Part shown: piece after piece, positions 40,655 to 49,382 of the stretch
Numbering within the stretch: position 1 is the stretch's first letter
Layout of the letters: every line of letters begins with the position of its first letter
IMG/VR virus record: IMGVR_UViG_3300033571_024432
Coordinates: 52,708-116,707 of that record
Length of the DNA stretch: 64,000 nt
Direction: 5' to 3' (one strand)
Source: a virus
The notes under the pieces: generated by a model
Told to the model about the DNA's origin: nothing
Seen by the model: only the letters and a program-made list of their open reading frames with translations
Database searches by the model: none
Translations under genes and position numbers: made by a program

Positions 40655-40846
40655 ATGGAAAAAGTATTGGATGATTCAACACAAAAACAATTACGAGAAC
40701 AAAAAGTTATTGGTAATGATGAAGTAGCAATGAAGGTTGGAGATTTATTTTTAGCTGAAAATGTTTTAACTAAAACACGTAGAAAAATTGATGTTTCTTT
40801 AAAACTAACAGAACATAAATCAACATCTAGTTTACTAAAAGGATAA
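40655..40846 (+). CDS. Small hypothetical protein
   Basis: 63 aa, AAGGA RBS; no GroES motifs. Confidence 0.7.
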   Translation: MEKVLDDSTQKQLREQKVIGNDEVAMKVGDLFLAENVLTKTRRKIDVSLKLTEHKSTSSLLKG

Positions 40847-40853
40847 TATACAC

Positions 40854-42506
40854 ATGAGCGATTTTTTATTTTTTGATATTGAAGCACAACAACATTTAAG
40901 AGTAGGCGTTGAAAAATTATATAAGGCAGTTTCTCAAACAATGGGACCACATGGCAAATTAGCATTAATTGAAAGAATGGGAAAACCACCTCATTTAACA
41001 AAAGATGGTGCTACAGTTGCAAAAAATGTAAAATTATCAAATCCTATTGAAAGTTTAGGCGCGTCATTAATCAGACAAGCAAGTGAACAAACTGCGCAAA
41101 CAGTTGGTGATGGATCTACAACAGCAACAGTCCTAACAAGAGAATTATACAATAAATCAATTCAAGCATTACAAACTGGTATTATTTCTTCAAATGAAAT
41201 GTCTAAATTATTAAAAAGTCGAGTTGAATTATTAGTAGAATATTTAAACGAAAACGCTCATAATATTTCAACTAATGAAGAAATTAGACAAATTGCAGCA
41301 GTATCAGCGAATGGAGATACAAAAATTGGTGATCTGATTGCACAAGCAATTTCAGAGGTAGGTTCTGCAAAATTAGTAACTGTTCAAAAAAGTAAAACAA
41401 CTCAAACAAATCTACAATTAGTAAAAGGTGTTAGAGTTGAAAGAGGTTATATTTCTCATTATTTTGCGAATGGTGAAGAAAGAAATAAATGTACATTAGA
41501 AGAACCTTTCGTATTAATTTTGAATTGTAAATTAAATTCTTTGTCTCAATTAATTCCTGTTTTAGAAAAAGTAGCAGCTTCAGAAAAAAGTATTTTAGTT
41601 ATTGCAAATGACTTTGAAGATGAAGTAATTCAAGCTATGATTACTAATGTAACAAGAGGCGCATTAAAAATTTGTGCAATTAAATCTCCTTTTTATGGCG
41701 AAAATAGAGCACAAATTCTTCAAGATTTGGCTGATTCATTACATAGTAAAGTGTTAAACGAAATTGATGAAAAGCAAATTAAAAATTTAAATTTAAACGA
41801 TTTAGGAACATGCAAATCTGCAATCATTTCTAATAATGAAACATTACTTGTTGAATGTGGTAAAAATAATGTTAAGAAATCAAAAGAAACAAATACCGGA
41901 GAAAGTATTAAACAAATTGACGTTTTATTACAAAACAAAGATTTATCAAAAGAAGAAGAATCATTTTTAAAACAAAGATTAGTTATTCTTAAAGGTGTAG
42001 TTGCTGTTTTATCAATTGGGGCATATACTGAAAGTGAATTACTTGAAACTTTTGATCGTGTTGATGATGCTTTACATGCAACAAAAGCTGCGATGGATGG
42101 AGGATTTTTACCAGGTGGTGGTTTATCATTATTACGAGCTGGTCAATTTTTAAGCAATATTGAATGTAGTGATTTAAAACAAAAAACTATAAATAAAATT
42201 GTTGCAGATGCTTGCATTTCACCAATGAGACAAATTTTAAAAAATGCAGAATTATCATCAGATTATATTATTGAAAAAATAAAAGATATTAATGATTTTA
42301 ATTATGGATATGATATTAGTAATGGAGAATTTTGTAATTTAATTAATGCAGGTATAATTGATCCATTACATGTTTCGATTACAGCATTAAGAAATGCAGC
42401 ATCATCTGCTTCATCATTAATAAATATTGGATGCGTTATTTTAGATAATCCACAAGAATATCAACAAGATGTTCAAATGGTGCAATTAGATGAAAATATG
42501 GAATAA
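40854..42506 (+). CDS. groEL: Phage GroEL-like chaperonin
   Basis: TMGPHGK, TKDGATVA, VGDGSTTA, SANGD, DDALHATKAA, PGGG, GIIDP. Confidence 0.95.
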   Translation: MSDFLFFDIEAQQHLRVGVEKLYKAVSQTMGPHGKLALIERMGKPPHLTKDGATVAKNVKLSNPIESLGASLIRQASEQTAQTVGDGSTTATVLTRELYNKSIQALQTGIISSNEMSKLLKSRVELLVEYLNENAHNISTNEEIRQIAAVSANGDTKIGDLIAQAISEVGSAKLVTVQKSKTTQTNLQLVKGVRVERGYISHYFANGEERNKCTLEEPFVLILNCKLNSLSQLIPVLEKVAASEKSILVIANDFEDEVIQAMITNVTRGALKICAIKSPFYGENRAQILQDLADSLHSKVLNEIDEKQIKNLNLNDLGTCKSAIISNNETLLVECGKNNVKKSKETNTGESIKQIDVLLQNKDLSKEEESFLKQRLVILKGVVAVLSIGAYTESELLETFDRVDDALHATKAAMDGGFLPGGGLSLLRAGQFLSNIECSDLKQKTINKIVADACISPMRQILKNAELSSDYIIEKIKDINDFNYGYDISNGEFCNLINAGIIDPLHVSITALRNAASSASSLINIGCVILDNPQEYQQDVQMVQLDENME

Positions 42507-42550
42507 TAATTCAATTTTCACACCATACCTAAATATTAGGAGGTAAAAAA

Positions 42551-42736
42551 ATGAATAAACAATTTATCTTAGAAGATTTAGATATTTCATTATTAAATGA
42601 AATTAAAAAGAAAAAACAAAATGAAGAATTTACACAATTACAATTAGAACTACCAATATATCAAGAAATTATAAATGAAAAAAAAGAAGACTCATGCGTG
42701 AATAATAATAATAATATTATTATAATTGAGTTATAA
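42551..42736 (+). CDS. Small hypothetical protein
   Basis: 61 aa, AGGAGG RBS; QLQLELP motif. Confidence 0.65.
   Translation: MNKQFILEDLDISLLNEIKKKKQNEEFTQLQLELPIYQEIINEKKEDSCVNNNNNIIIIEL
42693..42726 (+). promoter_or_regulatory. Class A promoter embedded in CDS, upstream of sigma (CATGC-GTGAAT-N17-TATAAT)
   Basis: One mismatch to core; exact spacer; ends 63 bp before sigma ATG. Confidence 0.75.
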
Positions 42737-42789
42737 TAAAAATTAAATATTAAAAATTTAAATACATTAACATAAACAAAGGCTATAAA

Positions 42790-43575
42790 ATGTCAAATAT
42801 ATTATCTGAATATCAAGAAATTATTAAATCAAATCCTTTACTTTCACGTGAGCAAGAAGTAATTCTGGCTAAAAAAATTAAGGAAGGTGATTTAAATGCA
42901 AAAAATAAAATGATTGAAAGTAATTATAGATTAGTTATTAATATGGCTAAAAAATATTATGAAAACAATAAAAATTTAGATTTTCGTGATTTAATTGCTG
43001 AATCTCAATTAGGTTTATTAAAAGCAATTGAAAGATTTGATTATGAAAAAGGTTTTAAATTTTCCACTTATGCTTGTTGGTGGATTAAACAAGCATTAAT
43101 GAGTTTTATTAATGACTCTTCATGTTTAATTAAAACACCTCAAAACAATAGAGTTATTTCTTCAAAAGCAAAAAAAATAAGAAAAGAATATTTAGAGAAT
43201 TTTGGTTATACACCTGATAATTCAGAAATTGCAGATATTTTAGGTATTTCAAATACAACATTAAATAATGTCGAAAAAAATTCTCTTAAAATTATTTCAA
43301 TTGATGAAGAATTAAATTCTCAAAGTAATAATTCTTCATCAGATGCAAAGAAAACAAGTATTGGAGATGTTATTCCATCTAATGAATCATCACAATATGA
43401 CAAGATGGTAAATCAAGAATTAAGAAAAATATTAATTGATTCTTTAAAATTACTTAGTCCTAGAGAAGAAAAAATATTAAGATTAAGATTTGGATTATAT
43501 TCAAGTGATGATGACATTGATAATTTTCCAATGACATTAAATGAACTTTTAACATTAAACGCAAGAGATAAATAA
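42790..43575 (+). CDS. Sigma70-family (RpoD/RpoS-like) factor truncated before region 4.2
   Basis: Region 1.2 LLSREQE; region 2 SNYRLV, DLIAES, KAIERFD, FSTYACWWIKQA; region 3 SIDE; region 4.1 LSPREEKILRLRFGL; stops after MTLNELL. Confidence 0.92.
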   Translation: MSNILSEYQEIIKSNPLLSREQEVILAKKIKEGDLNAKNKMIESNYRLVINMAKKYYENNKNLDFRDLIAESQLGLLKAIERFDYEKGFKFSTYACWWIKQALMSFINDSSCLIKTPQNNRVISSKAKKIRKEYLENFGYTPDNSEIADILGISNTTLNNVEKNSLKIISIDEELNSQSNNSSSDAKKTSIGDVIPSNESSQYDKMVNQELRKILIDSLKLLSPREEKILRLRFGLYSSDDDIDNFPMTLNELLTLNARDK

Positions 43576-43576
43576 A

Positions 43577-43867
43577 ATGACAAAAAGAAAAAGAAATGTA
43601 TCAGTTGCAAATACAACAGGCTTGTCATATACAGAAATTAGTAAAATTATGACAGATTCAGGTGATAAAATGAATCATAATAATGTTAGAGCAATTATGA
43701 TTAAATCTTTTGCAAAAATTGCTGATCATATTGGTAAATTTTATAATGTGTATCATGATAAAGAAAAATTAGAAAAAATTGTAATTAATGCAAGTTTTCA
43801 AAATAATATAATTGAAATATTAAAAGAAGAAATTTTAATAAAAGAAAACGAAAAAGGTAAAAATTAA
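43577..43867 (+). CDS. Stand-alone HTH resembling sigma region 4.2
   Basis: GLSYTEISKIM...NHNNVRAIMIKSFAKI aligns with the xTLEEIG...TRERVRQIExKAxxKL pattern; starts 1 nt after sigma stop. Confidence 0.65.
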   Translation: MTKRKRNVSVANTTGLSYTEISKIMTDSGDKMNHNNVRAIMIKSFAKIADHIGKFYNVYHDKEKLEKIVINASFQNNIIEILKEEILIKENEKGKN

Positions 43868-44529
43868 TGACTGTAAAAAAAATATTGATTTATCCTAATG
43901 ATAAACTAAAACAAGCAGCAAATAAAAGTGAATTGCAAGTAGATACTTTGAGAAATGTTATTAAAGATTTGTTAGACACAATTAGGCATTATGAAGGAAA
44001 TAAATTTTTAACAACAACGCAAATTGAATCTTCTGAAAATATTGCTATATTTGATTTACAAATGATTTATTCTAAAATGTTCAGAAATGATGAACGATTT
44101 TTAATAATTGCAAATCCTGAAATTCTTGATAAATCTAATGAAACAATTTGTATTCAGGAAACTTCTGGTTCAACACCGTTTTTTCAATGTGCATCAACAA
44201 AAAGTAAAAGTGTAAAAGTAAAATTTAATATTGTTAAACTAAAAGAACAAGACACAATTGAAAATGAAAGTCAAAATGAAAATGATGTTTCAATTATTAA
44301 AGGTTTAGATATTAATGATTTTACTTTTGAAGAACAAACTGTAACATTTTGGGATGATATGTCAATCGTAATGCAGTCTGCTATAGATCAATTAAATGGT
44401 AAATGTTTTTTAGATAATTTATCTTGGTTTAATAAATCTAGATATATGAAAAAACATAAAAATCAACTTAATTCATTCAAAAAATTGATTAAAAAAAATA
44501 TGTTAAGAGGCTTTGATAATTTAAAATGA
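43867..44529 (+). CDS. Peptide deformylase-fold protein, catalytic motifs lost
   Basis: KILIYPNDKL, IIANPEIL, KSVKVKF, QSAIDQLNG..F.D.L; EGCLS->ETSGS, HExDH->SAIDQ. Confidence 0.8.
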   Translation: MTVKKILIYPNDKLKQAANKSELQVDTLRNVIKDLLDTIRHYEGNKFLTTTQIESSENIAIFDLQMIYSKMFRNDERFLIIANPEILDKSNETICIQETSGSTPFFQCASTKSKSVKVKFNIVKLKEQDTIENESQNENDVSIIKGLDINDFTFEEQTVTFWDDMSIVMQSAIDQLNGKCFLDNLSWFNKSRYMKKHKNQLNSFKKLIKKNMLRGFDNLK

Positions 44530-44548
44530 TAATAGGTAATATTTTAAA

Positions 44549-44580
44549 TTTTATTTCTTTTCTAAAGAAAAGAAATAAAA
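44549..44580. terminator. Long perfect hairpin after the sigma-HTH-PDF operon
   Basis: TTTTATTTCTTTTCT-AA-AGAAAAGAAATAAAA. Confidence 0.55.
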
Positions 44581-44664
44581 AAATTGAAACAAGAAAAATT
44601 GAAAATATTTCAAATATAGATAAAAATAAAAAAGAAGAGAATAAATAATAATAAAAGAATTATT

Positions 44665-45489
44665 ATGATGCAAGAAAAAAAATTTTTATTAAATGAAAAA
44701 TTAATTAGAGAATTTATACAAATATTAGTTGAAGAAAAAAATGAAAATTACGATTTTATAAAAAATGAAATAAAAGCAATTGTACAAATTAGTTTAATTC
44801 TTACAGGTTTTATTTTATTATTAAATCCTGTTTCTTTGACAGCATCTGGTGGAATATTATCAATTGAGATTATTTTAGCAAGTATTAATGTTATACTTGA
44901 TTTAACAAATCATGAATATAATAAAAGAAAAAATAAATATGAATATTCTCCTGAATTATTTGATGCATTAATTAATATTGGCGGTGTAGGTGTTTTAAAG
45001 TTTTTAAATATTTTAAAAAATAAAAATATTTTAAATAATATTGATTTTCAAAACGAAAATAAAATAAAAATGTATAATATTATTACAAATTTAATAAATG
45101 TATCTCTAATAAGTTATGATGTTGTTGATTTGTCTAATATATTTAAAAAAATGTATAAAGAAATTAATGAAAAATATCCAGATATTAAAAATGATAATGA
45201 AATAAAAAAAACATTTGAAGAATATTCACAGTTAATAAATAATGCATCAAATACAAAAAAAATAACAAATGAAGAATTAGAAAATATACAATATTTAAAA
45301 GATGAATTATCATTAATTACAAATAATTTAAATTTACAAGAAAAAGTTAATCAAAAATATGAGATTATTATAAAAAAAATTAAAAGTAAAACAATTAATA
45401 AAAAAAACGAAGAAGATAATTCTTGGGATTTTTCTTGGCTTAAAAAAGCATTTAAGCCAATGAAAGACAAATTTAATAAAACAAAATAG
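44665..45489 (+). CDS. Hypothetical protein with leader and hydrophobic helices
   Basis: LLNEKLIREFIQILVEE then ISLILTGFILLL...IILASINVIL. Confidence 0.7.
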   Translation: MMQEKKFLLNEKLIREFIQILVEEKNENYDFIKNEIKAIVQISLILTGFILLLNPVSLTASGGILSIEIILASINVILDLTNHEYNKRKNKYEYSPELFDALINIGGVGVLKFLNILKNKNILNNIDFQNENKIKMYNIITNLINVSLISYDVVDLSNIFKKMYKEINEKYPDIKNDNEIKKTFEEYSQLINNASNTKKITNEELENIQYLKDELSLITNNLNLQEKVNQKYEIIIKKIKSKTINKKNEEDNSWDFSWLKKAFKPMKDKFNKTK

Positions 45490-45546
45490 ATACATTAAAT
45501 ATTCATATATATAATATTATAATATCATAATAAGGTTATAATAAAA

Positions 45547-46512
45547 ATGTTTTCAATTAAAGGTTCTTATAAATATCTTTTCGAAAGTGAAGAAGAAAAA
45601 AAAGAAAATAAAAAAAAATCAATGTCTAAAATTAATAAAAAAAAATTATCTAACTTGTTTAAAAAATCATATCCTGAATTTGTTCCTGCTTTAGCAGAAT
45701 TAACTAGTAATGATAAATTTATGAATTCTTTAGAAGGCGATGGACAAGGAGAAGATAAATTAGTTATTGAAACAAAACAAATAAGATGTAAGGATTTAAT
45801 ACCATTACAAAATGAAATAGGTGCATCTGAAAGTTTGGATTTTCCTTTAAAAAATAGATTACCTATTGAAAAAATTATAAAAATATGCAGTAATGAAGTA
45901 TGTGATGAAAATATATATGACAGTAAAGGAAGATCAATTATAACATCAGGTGGAAAATATATAGTAGATGGTCATCATAGATGGTCATCAATTTTTATAT
46001 TAAATCCAAATTGTATTATTGAAGTAAAAGATATTGGTACATATAAAAAAGGTGTTGATGCATTAAAATTATCGCAAATAATAATCGCTACTTTATCTAA
46101 ATTAAAAGGAACTATGCCATCTAAAAAGGCAAAAGGTATAAATATAATAAAGGCTGATCGATCAGAAATAATGAACTATATAGCAAATGAAATAACAAAT
46201 GATTTTATGTTAAACTATATTAAATCTATTAATTTAAACAAAATAGGAAATAGAATATTATTAAGTAAAAAATTTCAAAATAAAGCAGGTATTATTAGAT
46301 TTATTACAGCAAATTGTATGCTTTTACAATCAAATGGAATCGATTCTGAAGCTGAATATAATGATAGAAATTTAATGCCACAATTTGATGATTCAGGACA
46401 ATACTTATCAAGAGCATCTGATGGTGAGGTTAATTTAAGTGATATTAGACTAGCATTGGATGAAAATAAATTGCAATTAAATAAATGGAAAAAATTAGCG
46501 GGTTTATTATGA
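45547..46512 (+). CDS. ParB/sulfiredoxin-like domain protein
   Basis: DLIPLQNEI, IITSGGKYIVDGHHRW; leader YKYLFESEE; C-terminal KWKKLAG. Confidence 0.75.
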   Translation: MFSIKGSYKYLFESEEEKKENKKKSMSKINKKKLSNLFKKSYPEFVPALAELTSNDKFMNSLEGDGQGEDKLVIETKQIRCKDLIPLQNEIGASESLDFPLKNRLPIEKIIKICSNEVCDENIYDSKGRSIITSGGKYIVDGHHRWSSIFILNPNCIIEVKDIGTYKKGVDALKLSQIIIATLSKLKGTMPSKKAKGINIIKADRSEIMNYIANEITNDFMLNYIKSINLNKIGNRILLSKKFQNKAGIIRFITANCMLLQSNGIDSEAEYNDRNLMPQFDDSGQYLSRASDGEVNLSDIRLALDENKLQLNKWKKLAGLL

Positions 46513-46850
46513 AAAAATTATCTTTAAAAGAAGCATTTGATAGTCAAAAAGGGTTTGAAGAAATTATTAATTTTTCAAATAATATTGCAGATCAAATGAA
46601 TAAAGAACATGAAAATGAAATTAATAATCAAAAAGGTAGAAATTTTGATTATGGCACACAAATGTCAGATTCAGGTGAAGGTCAAATGGCAAAAGAAACT
46701 TGTAAATCAATAATTGAAAACGCAAGACAATTAGATTCTTTTTTATTAAATGAAGATGATATACCTGAATGGTGTCAAACTTATTTAGCAGTTTGTCAAG
46801 ATAGATTAAGAACTGTATTAGATTATTTAAAATCAAAGGATATTAAATGA
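46509..46850 (+). CDS. Hypothetical protein, probable head-associated
   Basis: ATGA overlap start; MKKLSLKE; EGQMAK...DDIPEWCQ...VLDYL. Confidence 0.7.
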   Translation: MKKLSLKEAFDSQKGFEEIINFSNNIADQMNKEHENEINNQKGRNFDYGTQMSDSGEGQMAKETCKSIIENARQLDSFLLNEDDIPEWCQTYLAVCQDRLRTVLDYLKSKDIK

Positions 46851-47029
46851 TTCATTTATTAATAACTTTTAATTTTTTATTTTTTCAAAATCAAAACTTA
46901 CAACAAAAATATGAAGATGTAATTGATGTAAATATTATAAGATTTAAACCAAAAAAATCTGAAGATGAATTGGAATTATTACCTCCTATTCAATCAGAAA
47001 GACCTGAAGCTTTATCAATGAGTTATTGA
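46847..47029 (+). CDS. Small protein with hydrophobic N-terminus
   Basis: 60 aa, ATGA overlap. Confidence 0.5.
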   Translation: MIHLLITFNFLFFQNQNLQQKYEDVIDVNIIRFKPKKSEDELELLPPIQSERPEALSMSY

Positions 47030-47031
47030 TA

Positions 47032-47160
47032 ATGATAAAATTATTACAGGATATTTTAACAATTGTTTTGTTAATATCAATATTTTTTATTATATTCATT
47101 TATATTCTATTAGAAGATGTAATTATTAAAATAAAACAAAAATTAAAGGTTAAAAAATAA
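47032..47160 (+). CDS. 42-aa single-TM protein (missed by ORF track)
   Basis: MIKLLQDILTIVLLISIFFIIFIYILLEDVIIKIKQKLKVKK; its TAA overlaps the next ATG. Confidence 0.4.
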   Translation: MIKLLQDILTIVLLISIFFIIFIYILLEDVIIKIKQKLKVKK

Positions 47161-48887
47161 TGATAAAAATTACTTATATTTTTTTTTTAATGATATTATT
47201 TTCATGCACAAATTCTGAAAAATCATTAAATTTAAACTTAAAAGCAGAAAAAAAAGATGTGACATCTGGAGAAAATTTAAATATAAAATATGATATAAAT
47301 GAAGATATATCTACAATAAAAGCAGCATTAATTTCAGAAAACGGTAGAACAATTGAAATATATAATAAGCAAAACGCTAATGGTATATTTACAATTAGAA
47401 GAATTTTTTCAAATTTAGATAAATTAAATTATTCAAAAAATAATAAAATAGAATTTTTAGGCTTTGATAAAAATAATAATATAATTTTATCTGACGAAAT
47501 CAATATTAATTTAAATCCTTCAATAGTTATTAAATCACTTTGTGCAACTAATAATTGTGATACATTAACAGGTAATGTTATTGGAGATTTACCACAAAAA
47601 ATTAAAATAGAATCTTTCGGCTTTCAACCAATTAAATATAAATATATTGTTAATACTAAAAAAGAAAGTATTACATTTGAACATTCATATAATACACCTG
47701 TTTCTGATGATTATTTAGATAATATAATTTGGGAAAAGCCTTCAAATAATGAATCTTTTTATTTAACATCAATTATTATAATTGTATCAGATATTAATGG
47801 TTTTGAAGTTTTAAATGCTTTACCTGTTAAAGTTGTTAGACCTTTAGAAATAAGATATGACGGAACTTATGAATTAGCACAAACTTTCGAACCTGTGCCT
47901 GTATCAGGCTGTATTACAGGTTCGATTGATAATAGAATTGATTATAATGAAAGTAAATCAGAAACTCGTGAGAATTCAATTGATATATCAATTAGCAAAG
48001 ATTGGAATAAATCAATTGGTTTATCTGTATCACAGGAACTCACAGAAGGTATTCAAATTAGTCAAACAATAGGGAATTCCATTTCTTCATCTTCTGAACA
48101 ATCTGAATCAACTGAGAATGGTTGGGAGACGTCTCAATCAAAATCTAGTTCTAATGAATTTAATTGGTCAACATCAAATGGCGAAAGTTGGGAATTTAAT
48201 AATTCAAATTCAATTGGCAATTCACAAACTAATGAAACGCAAAATGAAATTAATGGAAGTGTAACTGTTGGTGTAGAAGGAGAAGGTAGTTTACCATTTT
48301 TAGGTAAAATTGGTGGAAATGTTTCAACAACAGGTGGCGTTAGAAGAGGATGGAATAATGCAAATACTAATTCTACTGAACAAACACGAGGATATAGTAT
48401 TAGCGGAAATTCTGAAAAGTCACAATCATTTGGATCTGTACAAACTGATGAAGCGACAACTGGATTAAATGGAGCTTATGTAGTAGGTAAGTCATTCTCT
48501 AATTCAATTGAAACTGCAGAGGAGCAATCAAATACTCGTGTTTGGGATATGACAAATGGCACATCTCAAGAAAATGTAGTATCTGTTGGTAATGCTGAAA
48601 GTATTAGTAAAACACAAACAATTTCAACAAGTGTGACAACATCATTAAACTTTTCAGTATTTTTGCCTAGAAATAGAAAAGGAATATTTTATCGTCAGAC
48701 TAGTCGTTGGATTAGAGAGATTAAGATTATTACATATGATTTGAATGGAACACCTAAATTGGCAGGTAAAATGTTTGCTAATGAATGGAATTGGGCTGTA
48801 TCAATGTCTATTGGTAATTCATGCCAAGAGATTAGTAAACCTAATAATATGGATATTGCAAGTTGTTATATTGAGCCATGTTTTTAA
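47160..48887 (+). CDS. Lipoprotein with Ser/Thr-rich aerolysin/ETX-MTX2-like C-terminal region
   Basis: Lipobox-like MILFS-C; amphipathic GSVTVGVEGEGSLPFLGKIGGNVSTTG; SVFLPRN; fold call is inference. Confidence 0.55.
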   Translation: MIKITYIFFLMILFSCTNSEKSLNLNLKAEKKDVTSGENLNIKYDINEDISTIKAALISENGRTIEIYNKQNANGIFTIRRIFSNLDKLNYSKNNKIEFLGFDKNNNIILSDEININLNPSIVIKSLCATNNCDTLTGNVIGDLPQKIKIESFGFQPIKYKYIVNTKKESITFEHSYNTPVSDDYLDNIIWEKPSNNESFYLTSIIIIVSDINGFEVLNALPVKVVRPLEIRYDGTYELAQTFEPVPVSGCITGSIDNRIDYNESKSETRENSIDISISKDWNKSIGLSVSQELTEGIQISQTIGNSISSSSEQSESTENGWETSQSKSSSNEFNWSTSNGESWEFNNSNSIGNSQTNETQNEINGSVTVGVEGEGSLPFLGKIGGNVSTTGGVRRGWNNANTNSTEQTRGYSISGNSEKSQSFGSVQTDEATTGLNGAYVVGKSFSNSIETAEEQSNTRVWDMTNGTSQENVVSVGNAESISKTQTISTSVTTSLNFSVFLPRNRKGIFYRQTSRWIREIKIITYDLNGTPKLAGKMFANEWNWAVSMSIGNSCQEISKPNNMDIASCYIEPCF

Positions 48888-48927
48888 TTTAATATTATGA
48901 TATATATAAAAAAAGGAAAATATTAAT

Positions 48928-49146
48928 ATGAACAAATTAAAGTTGGTAGAATATATAAAAGAATTATTAAATTTATTGGTAAAAGAAGAAAATGATAATG
49001 GAAAAATTGATTTGGATAAACTTCAAAAAAAGTATCCTGATTTTGGCATTTCATATGATGATGATGATGAACAGCAAATTGAAAAAGAAAGAGATAAAAA
49101 ATATTTTGAAGAAAAAATGAAAAGAAAAATCAGAAAAGACTTTTAA
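48928..49146 (+). CDS. Small hypothetical protein with leader
   Basis: LVEYIKELLNLLVKEE; AAGGA RBS. Confidence 0.65.
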   Translation: MNKLKLVEYIKELLNLLVKEENDNGKIDLDKLQKKYPDFGISYDDDDEQQIEKERDKKYFEEKMKRKIRKDF

Positions 49147-49147
49147 A

Positions 49148-49348
49148 ATGAAATTAAATGAAAACAAATTGAAAAAATTATTAAAAGAATATTTATTTGA
49201 AATATATTCAGGATCATATTCAGATGAATCTTATAAAGATGGACATATTGATGATATGATGTTAGATAAAGAAGGATGGATAACTGATCCGGATGATCGT
49301 AAAAAAATTAAAAAATGGTACTTAGATATGAAATTATCTCATAAATGA
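49148..49348 (+). CDS. Small hypothetical protein with leader
   Basis: MKLNENKLKKLLKEYLFE. Confidence 0.7.
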   Translation: MKLNENKLKKLLKEYLFEIYSGSYSDESYKDGHIDDMMLDKEGWITDPDDRKKIKKWYLDMKLSHK

Positions 49349-49382
49349 ATATATATATATTAAAAATAAATAGGTGCTTTTC

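Noticed and set aside
40655-40846. GroES co-chaperonin upstream of groEL
   Set aside because: Only 63 aa; no PLxDRV or mobile-loop motif
43540-43680. Sigma/HTH split as a simple single-base assembly error
   Set aside because: Fusion would insert about 20 extra residues and duplicate the first HTH helix (MTLNEL and LSYTEI), unlike canonical region 4; not fully excluded without reads
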